Below are positions 45,155 through 62,638 of a stretch of DNA of 64,000 nucleotides, in pieces (the stretch's first letter is position 1; the number at the start of each line of letters is the position of its first letter). The DNA comes from the human T2T-CHM13v2.0 reference genome, Homo sapiens. The notes beneath the pieces are model-generated. The model was not told the DNA's origin. It made no database searches and worked only from the letters and a program-made list of their open reading frames with translations. Location of the stretch: NCBI RefSeq assembly GCF_009914755.1, contig NC_060943.1. One strand, given 5' to 3'. The position numbers were made by a program, and so were the translations under genes.

Positions 45155-45836
45155 TCAGGAGTTTGAGGCCAGCCTGACCAACATGGTGAAACCCCGTCTC
45201 TACTAAAAATACAAAAATTAGCCAGGTATGGTGGTGCATGCAAACCTCATCTCTACTAAAAACACAAAAATTAGCTGGGCGTAGTGGTGCATGCTTGTAA
45301 TCCCAGCTACTCCTGAGGCTGAGGTTGCAGTGAGCTGAGATCACGCCATGGCACTCCAGCCTGGGCGACAGAGCGAGACTCGGTCTAAACAAAAAAAAAA
45401 AAAAGAAAGAAAAGCCAAGCCCTGAACTGGGCATGCAATTGGCATGTTTGAGGAACAGTGAGGAGGCCTGGGGGGTTGGAACAGTGAGTGAAGGGGGGAT
45501 AGTGAGAACATGAGGGCAGGGAGGTAACAGGTTGCTATGTTTTCCTGATTTTTTTTTTTAATGGGGTCTCACTCTGTCGTCCAGGCTGCAGTGGAGTGAT
45601 GTGATCACAGCTCACTACAGCCTCAAATTCCTGGGCTCAAGCAATCCTCCTGTCTCAACCTCCTGAATAGCTGAGACTACAGGTGTTCACAGCCATGCCC
45701 AGCTAATTTTTATTTTTTGTAGAGACGGGTCTCACTACGTTGCCCAGATTGGTCCTGAACTCCTGGGCTCAAGCAATCCTCCCGCCTTGGCCTTCCAAAG
45801 TGCTGGGATTATAGGCATGAGCTACCACACCCAGCC

Positions 45837-46690
<854 letters not shown>

Positions 46691-46822
46691 AGTAGTTGGC
46701 CAGGTGCAGTGGCTCACACCTGTAATCCCTGCACTTTGGGAGGCCGAGGCGGGCGGATCACGAGGTCAGCAGTTCGAGACCAGCCTGGCCAACATGGTGA
46801 AACCCCGTCTCTACTAAAATTA

Positions 46823-47006
<184 letters not shown>

Positions 47007-47130
47007 TTAGGCCAGGAACGGTGGTTCACGCCTGTAATCCCAGCACTTTGGGAGGCAGAGGCAGGCGGATCACCTGAGGTCGAGAGTTCGAGACTGGCCT
47101 GACCAACATGGAGAAACCCCATCTCTACTA

Positions 47131-47289
<159 letters not shown>

Positions 47290-47368
47290 TCAAAAAGAAA
47301 AAAAAGGCCAGGTGTGGTGGCTCACGCCTGTAATCCCAGCACTTTGGGAGTCCAAGGCGGGTGGATCA

Positions 47369-48077
<709 letters not shown>

Positions 48078-48270
48078 TGACCAGGCTGGTCTGGAACTCC
48101 TGACCTCAGGTGATTCGCCCACCTTGGCCTCCCAGAGTGCTGGGATTAGAGGTGTGAGCCACTGCACCCAGCCTGCACCTAGTCTCATGTATCCATTTGT
48201 TCATGCATCCATTCGTCTGTCCCCTAACACACCCTCTCATCTCACCTGGTCCATCTCCATGATCACTTAC

Positions 48271-48358
48271 CTAAACTAGTGTGGTTGCCTCCTGTGGGTT
48301 TCCCAGCTTCCACCCTCACCCCCTACGACTTCTTGTCCAGACAGCAGCCAGAATGGTC
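48271..48358 (-). other. GIPC1: GIPC1 5'UTR exon 3 (88 nt), exonised antisense L2
   Basis: ttttacag|GAC...TTTAG|gtaagt; overlapping + strand text ccagacagcagccagaatggtcctgtaaaacataagtca resembles L2. Confidence 0.8.
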
Positions 48359-48375
48359 CTGTAAAACATAAGTCA

Positions 48376-48708
<333 letters not shown>

Positions 48709-48805
48709 TCATCATCCCTCCAATTCCGCCAGCTCTACGCACTGGGAGGCAGGAAACTAAAAACATGAATCTGGAACCTGGCTTCATCTCTTAATAGCTG
48801 TGTGA

Positions 48806-49126
<321 letters not shown>

Positions 49127-49471
49127 TAGCCAGGATGGTCTCGATCCCCTGACCTCGTGATCCACCTGCCTCGGCCTCCCAAAGTGCTGGGATTATAGGC
49201 GTGAGCCACTGCACCCGGCCTTGCTACTGCCATCTGTACCAAGATTCAAGCTTCCTCCTTTTCCCAAGATCCCTACATCCTGACCACCAATTCCCAGCCT
49301 CCTTACTCTCTCTCTCTGCCCACCCCACTGCCCTGGTTCATGCCAGCTTCCGTGTCCCCACCCGTGAGGAGGCATTAACAGCAGTGAGGAAAGTGAGTGA
49401 GTAATGAATCTGCCTGCCACGGCCATAAGAGGCTTCGTGGCCTGGGTTCAAATCCCACCCCTGCCACTTAC

Positions 49472-49527
49472 CAGCTGTGTGGCTGGGGGGCAAGTCACTT
49501 CACATCACAGGGCCTCAGTTTCTTCAT
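49472..49527 (-). other. GIPC1: GIPC1 5'UTR exon 2 (56 nt), exonised antisense MIR
   Basis: cccatttttcag|ATGAAGAAACTGAGG...CAGCTG|gtaagt matches the MIR core. Confidence 0.8.
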
Positions 49528-50027
49528 CTGAAAAATGGGTGGAATTCCTGTCACTCTCAAGGTGGTTGTGGAAATCCAAAGAGATTACCCACGTATCCCA
49601 TCTACACTCTGCCTCAGACTCCATTTAAGGACGCTGTTGTCATTACTATGGGTGTCTCCTCCTCTGCCCTGCCCTGCCCAGGAATATCCCAACCCTCTCT
49701 GCCTGCCAATACCTACTCCAGGCCCACTCCTCCATGAAGCCTCCCAGGCTTGCCCCAGCATGCTGGAACTGCCCCTGTGGTACAGATGGCTCAGGCCCAT
49801 GAACTTAATTGCATGCTGCCCTGGCAGAACTCTTGTCTTCCAGCTTCAGGCTGTCATTTAACTTCATGTCTCTATTTTAAAACGTAAACCAGATGGCATC
49901 ACTGCCCTGCCTGAAACTTTACAACAGTTTCCCACCTTCTGGAAGAAAAACTGCAATCTCCTTACTGTGACCCACAAACCCCTGCAGAATCGCTGCTCTG
50001 GGTTCATCTTCTGCTCCAACCATGTGA

Positions 50028-50778
<751 letters not shown>

Positions 50779-52650
50779 TGATCAGGCTGGTCTCAAACTC
50801 CTGACCTCTTGACCCACCTGTCTCAGCCTCCCAAAGTGCTGGGATTACAGGGGTGAGCCACGCCCCTAGCCAATTTTTGTATTTTTAGTAGAGACAGGGT
50901 TTCCCCATGTTGGCCAGGCTGGTCTCAAACTCCTGACCTCAAGCAACCCACCCGCCTCGGCCTCCCAAAGTGCTGGGATTACAGGCGTGAGCCACCGCGC
51001 CCGGCCCCCTTGCCTGATCTTTGCTGGGCTGGCACCCCTTGCCCACAACTACTCTCTACAGTACCACCCGCTCATATTTTATTCATAGCAGTTAGTGCCA
51101 TCTGAAATTATCTTCTTTATTTACTTGCTAACTTGTTTGTTGGCTGCTTCCTTCCTTTCAGAGTGCCAACTCCTCAAAAGTAGGGATTTTGTTTTGTTCA
51201 CTGTTGCATTTTCTGTGCCAAGAACAGTGCCTAGCACATGCACGTAGCAGGTGCTCACTAAATATTTGTAGACTGAGTGAATGAATGTGTCTCAGGTCCT
51301 CGTTCTGATTGCTCTCTGTGCTCCCCATCCTTGAAACAGCCCCCTAAACATGCCTGCTGTGCGGTTGCCAACTGTCCTAGGCTCCCCACTTTCCCTGGCT
51401 CCCCTCACACCTGAACACAGAGATGAAGAGCCACTTCAGCCCGGATATTGAGTGTTTGGGCTGGAATTTCAGCATCCTCACCCCCTCATCCTGGGAAGGG
51501 CCTGAAACTTAGCAACCCCACGGCCACACAGAAGCAGTGTGGCCAGCAGGAGGAGGGGAAGGGGGTTCCTGGGAGCACACAGAAGCTAGGGGAAGGGGGA
51601 AACCACGCCCAGGCTCCCCGTTCCAGCACAGTGTTGCTTTGGAGAGAAGGAGGGAAAGAGGCCTCTGATTCACTCTTGAAAAACCGGCTCCTGGGTGTTT
51701 CCGGGGAGAACGCCTACTTCCCAGCCTCGGCCCAGGTTGCCAGGGGGGAACCCAGTGGGCCCAGACCCCAGCATCCTGGCCCCCTGCAGACGCCACTCTC
51801 TTCTCTGGACCCAGGTAGTTAGACCTGCCCTCTCCAGCTCTGGGGAGAAGGGAAAGGAGGGCAGCTTCCTGTTTGAGTGGCTGGTAAAGCAAAAGACCAG
51901 CAGGTGTGGCCCTGATGATGAGTACGGGGTAGGGGGTGGGAGGGGTAGGGGGCCGGAGCTACTCAGCAACAACTGAGCCGTGGAGTTATTGGTATCCAGT
52001 CTAGTGGGTGTGACTCCAGTTCTGGACCCTGGGGCATGAGTTCCAGTCCCAGATGTGCCAGTTACTAGCTGTGTGACCTTGGGCAAGTCACTCCACCTCT
52101 CTGGGTAGGCTGCCTCACCTTTTTTACAAGAAGGCACAGCACCTCCCATGAGGTGTTTAGAGTCAATTATCCTCATGGTAAATGCCTGACACGGAAGCTC
52201 TCCAATAAATGCTAGCTGAGGTGGAGTTTTTCATGACGATTATTATTCAGACCGTGGTCCTCACTGCGTCCCCCCCAAGGCCCTGGAGGGTTCAGACGCG
52301 GTTAGCTCAGGGGAAGTGCCCAGGAAAGGGTCAGAAACACTGACCCCGCGCCTGTCCACGCTGGGATGGGGACAGTCCAGCCGGGGGACGGGGGGAGGGG
52401 CAAGCCCAGAAACCCCAGCCCAGCGTTGGGAGGCGTTTGTCCCCTGCCCGCCAGCAGGAAGGGAGCTGCCCCCACCACCCCCCACCCCCGCTTCCCCTGG
52501 GAAGGGGCCTCGGGCATCCCCGCGCGCAGCCTAGACCTCCAGTCGCGTCCACGGCGCCGGCCCCACCCTGCAGGATCGGCCGGATCCTCGCAGGCCCGCG
52601 ACCCCCGAGGCCCCCGGAGCAGACACATCCTTCTCGCAGAGGCCACTCAC

Positions 52651-52655
52651 CTGCT

Positions 52656-52692
<37 letters not shown>

Positions 52693-52775
52693 TGCCTCCG
52701 CCTCCCCGTGCGCACCCGGCTCGGCCCTCCGCAAACTCCAGACCGGGCCTCTCCCGCAGCGGCGCCTGGGGGGCG
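52651..52775 (-). other. GIPC1: GIPC1 non-coding exon 1 (TSS approximate)
   Basis: GAGCAG|gtgagt donor at 52651/52650 inside a CpG island. Confidence 0.85.
52656..52691 (-). repeat. GIPC1: (CGG/GGC)12 5'UTR trinucleotide repeat; OPDM2 expansion locus, normal-size allele
   Basis: 12 pure CCG units on + strand, then ctg cct ccg cct. Expansion in oculopharyngodistal myopathy 2 is established knowledge. Confidence 0.95.
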
Positions 52776-53984
52776 GGGCCGACGCCCGCGGCCGGCCAAT
52801 CAGCGGCTGCCTCTCGGTGCTCGCAGCCAATCCGCGTCTTCCGCTTCGGGTGGACCCGACGGAAACATTCCAGAGGGATCCCTCCGCCTCGCCCGGCTCT
52901 TCCCGACTCCTCCCCTCGCCGCGAAGCAGTGGACCGTTCCGCCCCGCCTAAGCCGCGGCTGGCTGTACCACCGGAGGGCTGAGGAGGGGGGGGAGCTGCA
53001 GCTGGGCCCCGGCCAATCGCGAGGGAGGAAGGAGACAAGCGGCCAATGGGAAGGAAGCTGGGGCCCCTGAACCACGTGCTGTCGGCTGAGTGTCAGTCTC
53101 GGGTGCCCTGGGTGGTGAGGGGCGGGGGAGTCAGGTGACCTAGGCCAGGTTTCGGGGAAAGGATTCGAACTTCCGACGTCCAGGAAAGCGGACAGTTTAG
53201 GAGACCTGGGTGGGGGTCAATGGCAGTCCCCAACCCAGTTCCCTGCCCGGCCTCCTCTGCCCCAGCCTGGCCATCCTCGGAGCGGATAAAAAGATGCATT
53301 CAATCTCTGGGGGCGGGCGGGGGATCGAGATGAATAGGGAGGGTCCCGAGTTTCCCTGCTTCCTGGGCTGTACAATGGACAAAGGCATTCATTCATTCAT
53401 TCGTTCACTCACTCATCAAATATTTAATGTGCCAGACTGCTCCGTGCCAGACTCTGTCCTACCTCTGAAGACGCGTCAGTGAATAAGCTGAATGTGCTCC
53501 TGGTAGAGGTAACAGAGCGTGCAAAAGCCGGACAGAGAGATACAGCACGCTTTAGGATACTGCAATATCGTGGGAGCTAGTAAATCAGTGTGGAAAGGCA
53601 AGATGCAATGAAAGACAAGGGTGAGATAGTTTATCTGCTTGTTGGTTTGTTTATGTGCTAGGTCACAGAAGGTACCCAGCCAGCCTTTCATAGATCTGTC
53701 TCCTCCATCTGACTGTGAGGGTGGAGGCTGAGTCTCTCTTGTCAACCCCTCACTCCCACCTCAGGCTGCCACACGGCAGGTTCTCAGCAAACCTGTGTGG
53801 ACAAATAGACCATGTAGTTTATAAGGAAGGGGGATTTATCAGGTGGACACAGATCCAAGAAACAAGAGTCACAAATGCACCTGGACCAGGCCAGGACGCT
53901 CAGTTCCCGGGACAAGTGAGATTTCCTTGTTCTAGTTCAAACCCAGCCACTTGGACAGCAACTGGGGCTGAATGCTGTGTGTTC

Positions 53985-53997
53985 TGGGAACTGTAGT
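53985..53997 (-). promoter_or_regulatory. ACTACAnnTCCCA motif (ZNF143/THAP11-HCFC1 type)
   Basis: Minus strand reads AACTACAGTTCCCAGAAC, ~1.2 kb upstream of the GIPC1 TSS. Confidence 0.6.
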
Positions 53998-54530
53998 TCC
54001 TGGAAGCCTCTAAGTGCTGAGACCCTGCTCAAGCTCCATAGAAAGACTGGTTCTTTGCAGTTCCCAGGGTGAGATGTTGTGCATATCAGTCCCACCAGGA
54101 CCTGCAGAGGGGCAAACTAAAATGGGAGATGGAACCTTGAGCTTTGCTGCTGAGGATTGCCTAGCCAGCCCCACCCAGCTGGCAAACACCGAGATTGCTG
54201 TGGCAGGCCAGGCAACAGGCACAGCTATTGTCCGTCCCTTCCTGTTCTGCTGACCTCTGCCATCCCACTGAGCAATCAGTTGCCTGGGCTGGCCAGTACC
54301 CTCTGTGGGACTGTGCTGCCTGCCCTGCTTGAGCCTGGCATCTAAGCTGCCCCCTGCACACTTGGAGAGGACGGGATGCTGAGCCCAGGGGACAGCATGA
54401 CTGAGGCTGCAGAGTCCTGAGCCAGACTCCAACTGGCTCCTGTTTCCTGATGAGGAAGTGCCCGGAGAAGGGGTGATGGGATTGTGGGATTGCTCAAGAC
54501 ACAGAGCAGCACTGGGCACCTCCTTTCTGA

Positions 54531-54842
<312 letters not shown>

Positions 54843-55051
54843 TGAGTAGCTGGGATTACAGCGTGCGCCATCATGCTCGGCTAAATTTTTTGTATTTTTA
54901 AAAGAGACGGGGTTTCGCCATGTTGGCCAGGCTGGTCTCGAACTCCTGGCCTCAAGTGATCCACCTGCCTCGTCCTCCTGAAATGCTGGGATTACAGGCA
55001 TGAGCCACTGCACGCAGTCTATTCCTTTGTTTGTCTGTTTGTTTGTTTTGA

Positions 55052-55156
<105 letters not shown>

Positions 55157-56428
55157 TGATTAGCTGGGATTACAGGCACCCGCCACCACATCTGGCTAGT
55201 TTTGTATTTTTAGTAGAGACAGGGTTTCATCCTGTTGGCCAGGCCGGTCTCGAACTCCTGGCCTCAAGTGATCCAACTGCCTCATCCTCTCAAAATGCTG
55301 GGATTACAGGCATGAGTCACTGTGCCAGGCCCATTTGTTTGTTTTTTGATAGAGACAGGGTCTCACCATGTTGCACAGAGCTGGTCTTGAACTCCTGGGC
55401 TCAAGCCATCCTCCCTCTTTGGCCTCCCAAAAGTGCTGGGATTACAGGTGTGAGCCACCATGCCCAGCCCTCCTTCCCGATTTTATAGCTCAAGAGGAAT
55501 GCCTAAAAGCTGAGGCTGGGAAGTCCAATGGTGAGCAGCTTAGATGTGAGCGCTACCTCTGTTCCTTTAAAAGAAAAAAGAGGCCGGGTGCAATGGCTCA
55601 CGCCTGTAATCCCAACACATTGGGAGGGTGAGGCGGGCGGATCACAAGGTCAGGAGTTCGAGACCAGCCTGGCCAACATGGTGAAACCTCGTCTCTACTA
55701 AAAATACAAAAATTAGCTGGGTGTGATGGTGGGCGCCTGTAGTCCCAGCTACTCAGGAGGCTGAGGCAGGAGAATGGTGTGAACCCGGGAGGCGGAGCTG
55801 GCAGTGAGCCGAGATTGCGCCACTGCCCTCCAGCCTGGGCAACAGAACGAGACTCCGTCTCAAAAAAAAAAAAAAAAAAAGAAAAAGAAAAAACAGAAAA
55901 AAGAAAAAAATTCCATCCTTGAATGCCAGCTAACACATGCAGAAGGGAAGGTTGTGTGCGTTAGAACATCATTGTTTTGCTGAGTGCAGTGGCTGCAGCC
56001 TCTAATCCCAGTGACTTGGAGGCTGAGGCTGAAAGGATCCCTTGAGGGCAGGAGTTCGAGACTAGCCGAGGCAACATAGCAAGACCTCCATCTCTACAAA
56101 AATGGGTGTGGTGCTGTGTGCCTGTAGTCCCAGCTACTCGGGAGGCTGAGGCAGGAGGATCACTTGAGCCCAGGAGTCGAGGCTACAGTGAGCTATGAGC
56201 TACAGCTTCCTATGTGCCAGGCATCATTCCAAGAACTTCCTATTTATTAAACCATGTAACTCTCCTGATGACCTAGGTGCAGTTTTACACATTGTATATT
56301 TGTCCTCCCACTCTGTCAGGGGAAAATTTGCTTCACCCATGATATCCTTCATTGGAGGGAAATTCTTAATTTTGATATAATAGAACTCACTGTGAAGTTA
56401 TATTAAGAATGCTTGGCTGGGCACACTA

Positions 56429-56548
<120 letters not shown>

Positions 56549-56897
56549 TTAGCCAGAAAAGGAGGCACTGGACTATAGTCCCAGCTACTCAGGAGGCTGA
56601 GGTGGGAGGATCACTTGAGCCCAGGAGTTCAAGCCTACAGTAAGCTATGATCACACCACTGCATTCTAGCCTGGGTGACTGAGCAAGACCCTATCTCCCA
56701 AAACAAAACAAAAGAAGGCCTTTTCATCCCTATATGGCAAACTTATACTTCCACATTTTCTTTATTTTTTTTTTGAAACAGAGTCTCACTCTGTCACCCA
56801 TGCTGGAGTGCAGTGATGTGATCTCAACTCACTGCAACCTCCACCTCGCAGGCTCAAGCGATTCTCACGCCTCAGCCTCCCGAGTAGCTGGGATTAG

Positions 56898-57281
<384 letters not shown>

Positions 57282-57307
57282 TAGCCAGGATGGTCTTGAT
57301 CTCCTGA

Positions 57308-57606
<299 letters not shown>

Positions 57607-58606
57607 TAGTACAGACAGGGTTTCACCATATTGGCCAGGCTGGTTTCGAACTCCTGACCTCATGATCTGCCCACCTTGGCCTCCCAAAGTGCTGGGATTA
57701 TAGGCATGAGCCACTGTGCCCGGCCCATTCTATGGTGTTACTTTTCCTGAGTCTTTATTCCATCCGTAGTCCACCTGAGGTTGTGGGGTAGAATGGTCTT
57801 CTTTTTCTCCATAACCTGTGCTGTTCAGCAGCTCTGTGACCTTGTGTGAAGCCCATCCTCTTCTGTGCCTCGGTCTCCTCATTTGTAAAATGGAGATAAT
57901 AATAATACACACCAGCCGGGCGTGGTGGCTCACACCTGTAATTCTACCACTTTGGGAGGCCGAGACAGGTGGATCACTTGAGGCCAGGAGTTCAAGACCA
58001 GCCTGACCAACATGGAGAAACCCTGTCTCCACTAAAAATGCCAAAAATCAGCCGGGTATGGTGGTGTGCACCTGTAATCCCAGCTACTCAGGAGGCGCAA
58101 GAATCGCTTGAACCTGGGAGGTGGAGGTTGCAGTGAACCGAGATTACTCCACTGCACTACAGCCTGGGTGACAAAGTGAGACCTCATCTCAAAAAAAAAG
58201 GCCGAGTGTGGCGGCTCATGCCTGCAATCCCAGTACTTTGGGAGGCCAAGGTGAGTGGATCACCTGAGGTCAGGACTTTGGGACCGGCCTGGCCAACATG
58301 GCAAAACTCTGTCTCTAGTAAAAATACAGGCCAGGCGTGGTGGCTCACACCTATAATCCCAGCACTTTGGGAGGCCGAGGCGGGTGGATCACGAGGTCAG
58401 GAGATCGAGACCATCCTGGCCAACATGGTGAAACCCTGTCTCTACCAAACATAAAAAAATTAGCCGGGTGTGGTAGCAGGCGCCTGTAGTCCCAGCTTAG
58501 GAGTCTGAGACAGGAGAATGGCGTGAACCTGGGAGGTGGAGCTTGCAGTGAGGCGAGAGCCTGCCACTGCACTCCAGCCTAGGTGACAGAGCAAGACTCC
58601 GTCTAA

Positions 58607-58608
<2 letters not shown>

Positions 58609-58660
<52 letters not shown>
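58609..58660. repeat. (TA)n microsatellite
   Basis: Read directly. Confidence 0.9.
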
Positions 58661-58663
<3 letters not shown>

Positions 58664-60077
58664 TCGCTGGGCATGGTGGCGTGCACCTGTAATGCCAGCT
58701 ATTCTGGAAGCTGAGGCAGGAGAGTCACTTGATTCTCGGGAGGCAGAGGTCGCAGTTAGCTTGATTCCGGAGGCGGAGGTTGCAGTGAGCTGAGAACATC
58801 CCACTGCACTCCAGCCTGGGAGACAGAGCGGGACTCCGTCTCCAAAAAAAACAAAATAAAATAAATAATAGTACACACCTCCTTAGGTGGTTATCAGCAT
58901 GTTAGGATTAAATGGGCTATTCCATGTCAAATGCCCCGATGGTGCCAGGCAGATAGTAAGCACTTACTGCATACCAGCTGCCATTACTAAAATGTGCTGA
59001 GGGCACAATCATAGATAGACGCAATATGTCATAATGGACACACCATAGAAATAGAAACCTGTATTGGATCCTCGCTGTGTGTCAGGCTCTGTGCTGGTCG
59101 CTTTTCATGTCTAATTTCACTGGATCATGTTGAGCTCCTGGGGATGGGACTGATAGCACCCCCACTCTACAGAGGAGGAGACTGAGGCTCAGAGAGGGGA
59201 GACATGAGCTGAAGGATGCACAGTAACTCATCGATGTGGAATCTTAGCTCCAACCCCAGGACATGAGACGTCCCTCAAGGGAGTGAGTTCTACTTTCTTC
59301 AACTTTGGGGACAGGGCGGACTGAGATGTGGGGGACAGGAGGGACAGCACCAAGGGACATAGCCCCAGCCAGGTGATCCTGGAGGCAGGGCTGAGTCCTG
59401 TGGCCTCAGGTTACAGCCCCAGCACTGTCACCTGCCTTTTTGGTTTGTTTGTTTGTTTTTAATTGAGACAGAAGTCTTGCTCTGTCTCCCAGGCTGGAAT
59501 GCAGTGGCGCAATCTTGGCTCACTGCAACCTCTGCCTCCCGGAGGTTCAAGCAATTCTCCCGCCTCAGGCTCCTGAGTAGATGGGATTACAGGCACCCAA
59601 AACCATGCCTGACTAATTTTTGTATTTTTAGTAAAGACAGGGTTTTGCCATGTGGGTCTTGAACCCCTGACCTCAGGTGATCCACCTGCCTCAGTCTCCC
59701 AAAGTGCTGGGATTACAGGCGTGAACCACTGCGCCCGGCCTGACACCTGCCTTTGACTGCTGGGTTTTAGGAAGTGACACCCAGCAGCTCTGCAGGTCAC
59801 ACTGTTTTCTAGAGGGGTCTTTGCAGAAGCAAAGAGAAACAAATGGCAACAGTGGTGATGATAAACACCACACCAGCCCTTCTCCCTGAACTCCTGAGGT
59901 ATTTCTCTGTCTTGCTTTCTCTATAAGGACATCTCAGGGCATCTCAAACTGAACCCATCTGGAATTGAGGTCTTGATTGACACCCCAAATGTGCCATTTA
60001 CCCTGTCTTCCCCTGCATGGTGATAGCAATTCTTTCAGTTGATCAGGCCCCAAACCTTGGAATAAGACTTAAATACT

Positions 60078-60282
60078 ACCTACCTTCCTTCCTCTCTCTC
60101 CTTCCTTTTTTTCTCTCTTTCTCTCCTTCCTTCCTTCCTTCGTTCCTTCCTTCCTTCTCTTCTCTTCTCCTTTCCTTTTTTTCTTACTTCCTTTCCTTCT
60201 TCCTTCCCCTCCCTCCCTCCCTTCCTCCCTTTCCCTCTTCCTTCCTTTCTTTTCCCTCTCCTCTCCTCTTCTTTTCTTTCTT
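60078..60282. repeat. CT-rich polypyrimidine tract (ccttcctt...)
   Basis: Read directly; forms the tail of a minus-strand Alu. Confidence 0.85.
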
Positions 60283-60436
60283 GACAGAGTCTTGCTTTGT
60301 TACTCAGGCTGGAATACACTGGCAAAATCATGACTCCCTGCAACCTCAACATCCTGGGCTCAAGCAATCCTCCTACCTCAGCCCCTCAAGTACCTGGGAC
60401 CACAGGTACGGGCCACTACACTCAGCTAATTTTTAA

Positions 60437-60715
<279 letters not shown>

Positions 60716-61027
60716 TAGGCACAATATTTTCTTTTCTTCTCTCTCTTTTTTTTTTTTTGAGACAGGGTCACGCTCTGTCATCCGGGCTGAAGTGCAGTGG
60801 TGCCATCATAGCTCACCGTAGCCTTGACCTCCTAGGCTCGAGTGGGTGTCCTACCACACCCAGCTAATTTTGGTATTTTTCATAGAGATGGGGTTTTGCC
60901 ATGTTGCCCAGGCTGATTTTGAAGTCCTGGGCTCAACCTCCTGCTTCAGCCTCCTCCCAAGTAGCTGAGATTACAGGAGGGAGCCACCTATCTCATCTCT
61001 GGCCCAAGATATACATACATACATACA

Positions 61028-61060
<33 letters not shown>

Positions 61061-61216
61061 TTAAAGACAAAGTCTGGCTATGTCGCTCAGGCTGGAGTGG
61101 AGTGCAGTGGCACGATCTCAGCTCACCGCAAACTTGGCCTCCCAGTTTCAAATGATTCTCAGCCTCAGCCTCCCAAGTAGCTGGGATTACGGGTGCATAC
61201 CACCAGGCCCCGCTGA

Positions 61217-61449
61217 TTTTTTTTTCTTTTTTTTTTTTTGCAGTTGCAAGATTTAATAGAGAGAAAACAAAGCTCCCATTCAAAGGGAGGGGACCCAAAG
61301 GGGGTAGCCATTGCTGGCTTGAATGCCTGGATTTATATCCCGATCATTGTCCCTCCCGCTGTGCTCTCAGGCGATAGATGATTGGCTATTTCTTTACCTC
61401 CTGTTTTTGCCTAATTAGCATTTTAGTGAGCTCTCTGATTGGTTGGGTG
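61217..61449 (-). mobile_element. 5'-truncated HERV-W (LTR17 U3-R) processed copy with poly(A) tail, inserted in an Alu linker
   Basis: Minus strand CCAATCAGAGAGCTCACTAAAATGCTAATTAGGC...GATATAAA...ATTAAATCTTGCAACTGC then A-tail. Confidence 0.85.
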
Positions 61450-61481
61450 ATTTTTGTATTTTTAGTAGAGATGATGTTTTA

Positions 61482-62101
<620 letters not shown>

Positions 62102-62595
62102 CTACTTTCGCCCCACCTGCTCCGACCTCTCCCGGTCCAGCCAGCCCCATCACCTCCTGCCTGGTGGTGCGGTGAATGGCTTCGGTCCTGGTCCACCAGC
62201 TCTGCCCTTACCCCTACGGTCAGTTCTCCGCACAGAGGCCAGGGGGCGCCCGTGAGCACCCAAATCAGGTCACCTCCTTTCTCTACGGAGGACCTCCCCC
62301 CAGGAGGCCATGAGCCCCCAAAGAACCTGCCCCTGTGAGCCAAAGTGTTTTTTATTTTCAGGTGTCACGCCTGGCTACATTGATGTCCAGCATAATATTC
62401 CTGGGGAACGTTGGGGCCCCATGAAGGCAAACAACCCAGGTCCCAGCTCTGTCTTCCTGGTAAAAGCAAATCAGGCCTTGTCCCTCCTAACTCTCAATTT
62501 CTCTTCCAACTCAGGAATGCAGGGCCTGGCCTGTCTCATTCCTAGACACGCCCTGCCCTGCTCTCTCCTGTTCTCTCGATTCCAGTCACACCAGG

Positions 62596-62597
<2 letters not shown>

Positions 62598-62635
<38 letters not shown>

Positions 62636-62638
62636 TGT
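62598..62638. repeat. (TG)n microsatellite
   Basis: Read directly. Confidence 0.9.

Larger units (their letters stand above)
52500..53100 (-). promoter_or_regulatory. GIPC1: GIPC1 CpG-island promoter: GC box (52770-52779), four CCAAT boxes (52796, 52827, 53013, 53043), E-box CACGTG (53073)
   Basis: Motifs read directly; no TATA box seen. Confidence 0.85.

Noticed and set aside
60017-60436. Phe/Leu/Ser/Pro and Arg/Lys/Glu-rich ORFs
   Set aside because: Translation of the CT-rich tract and an Alu
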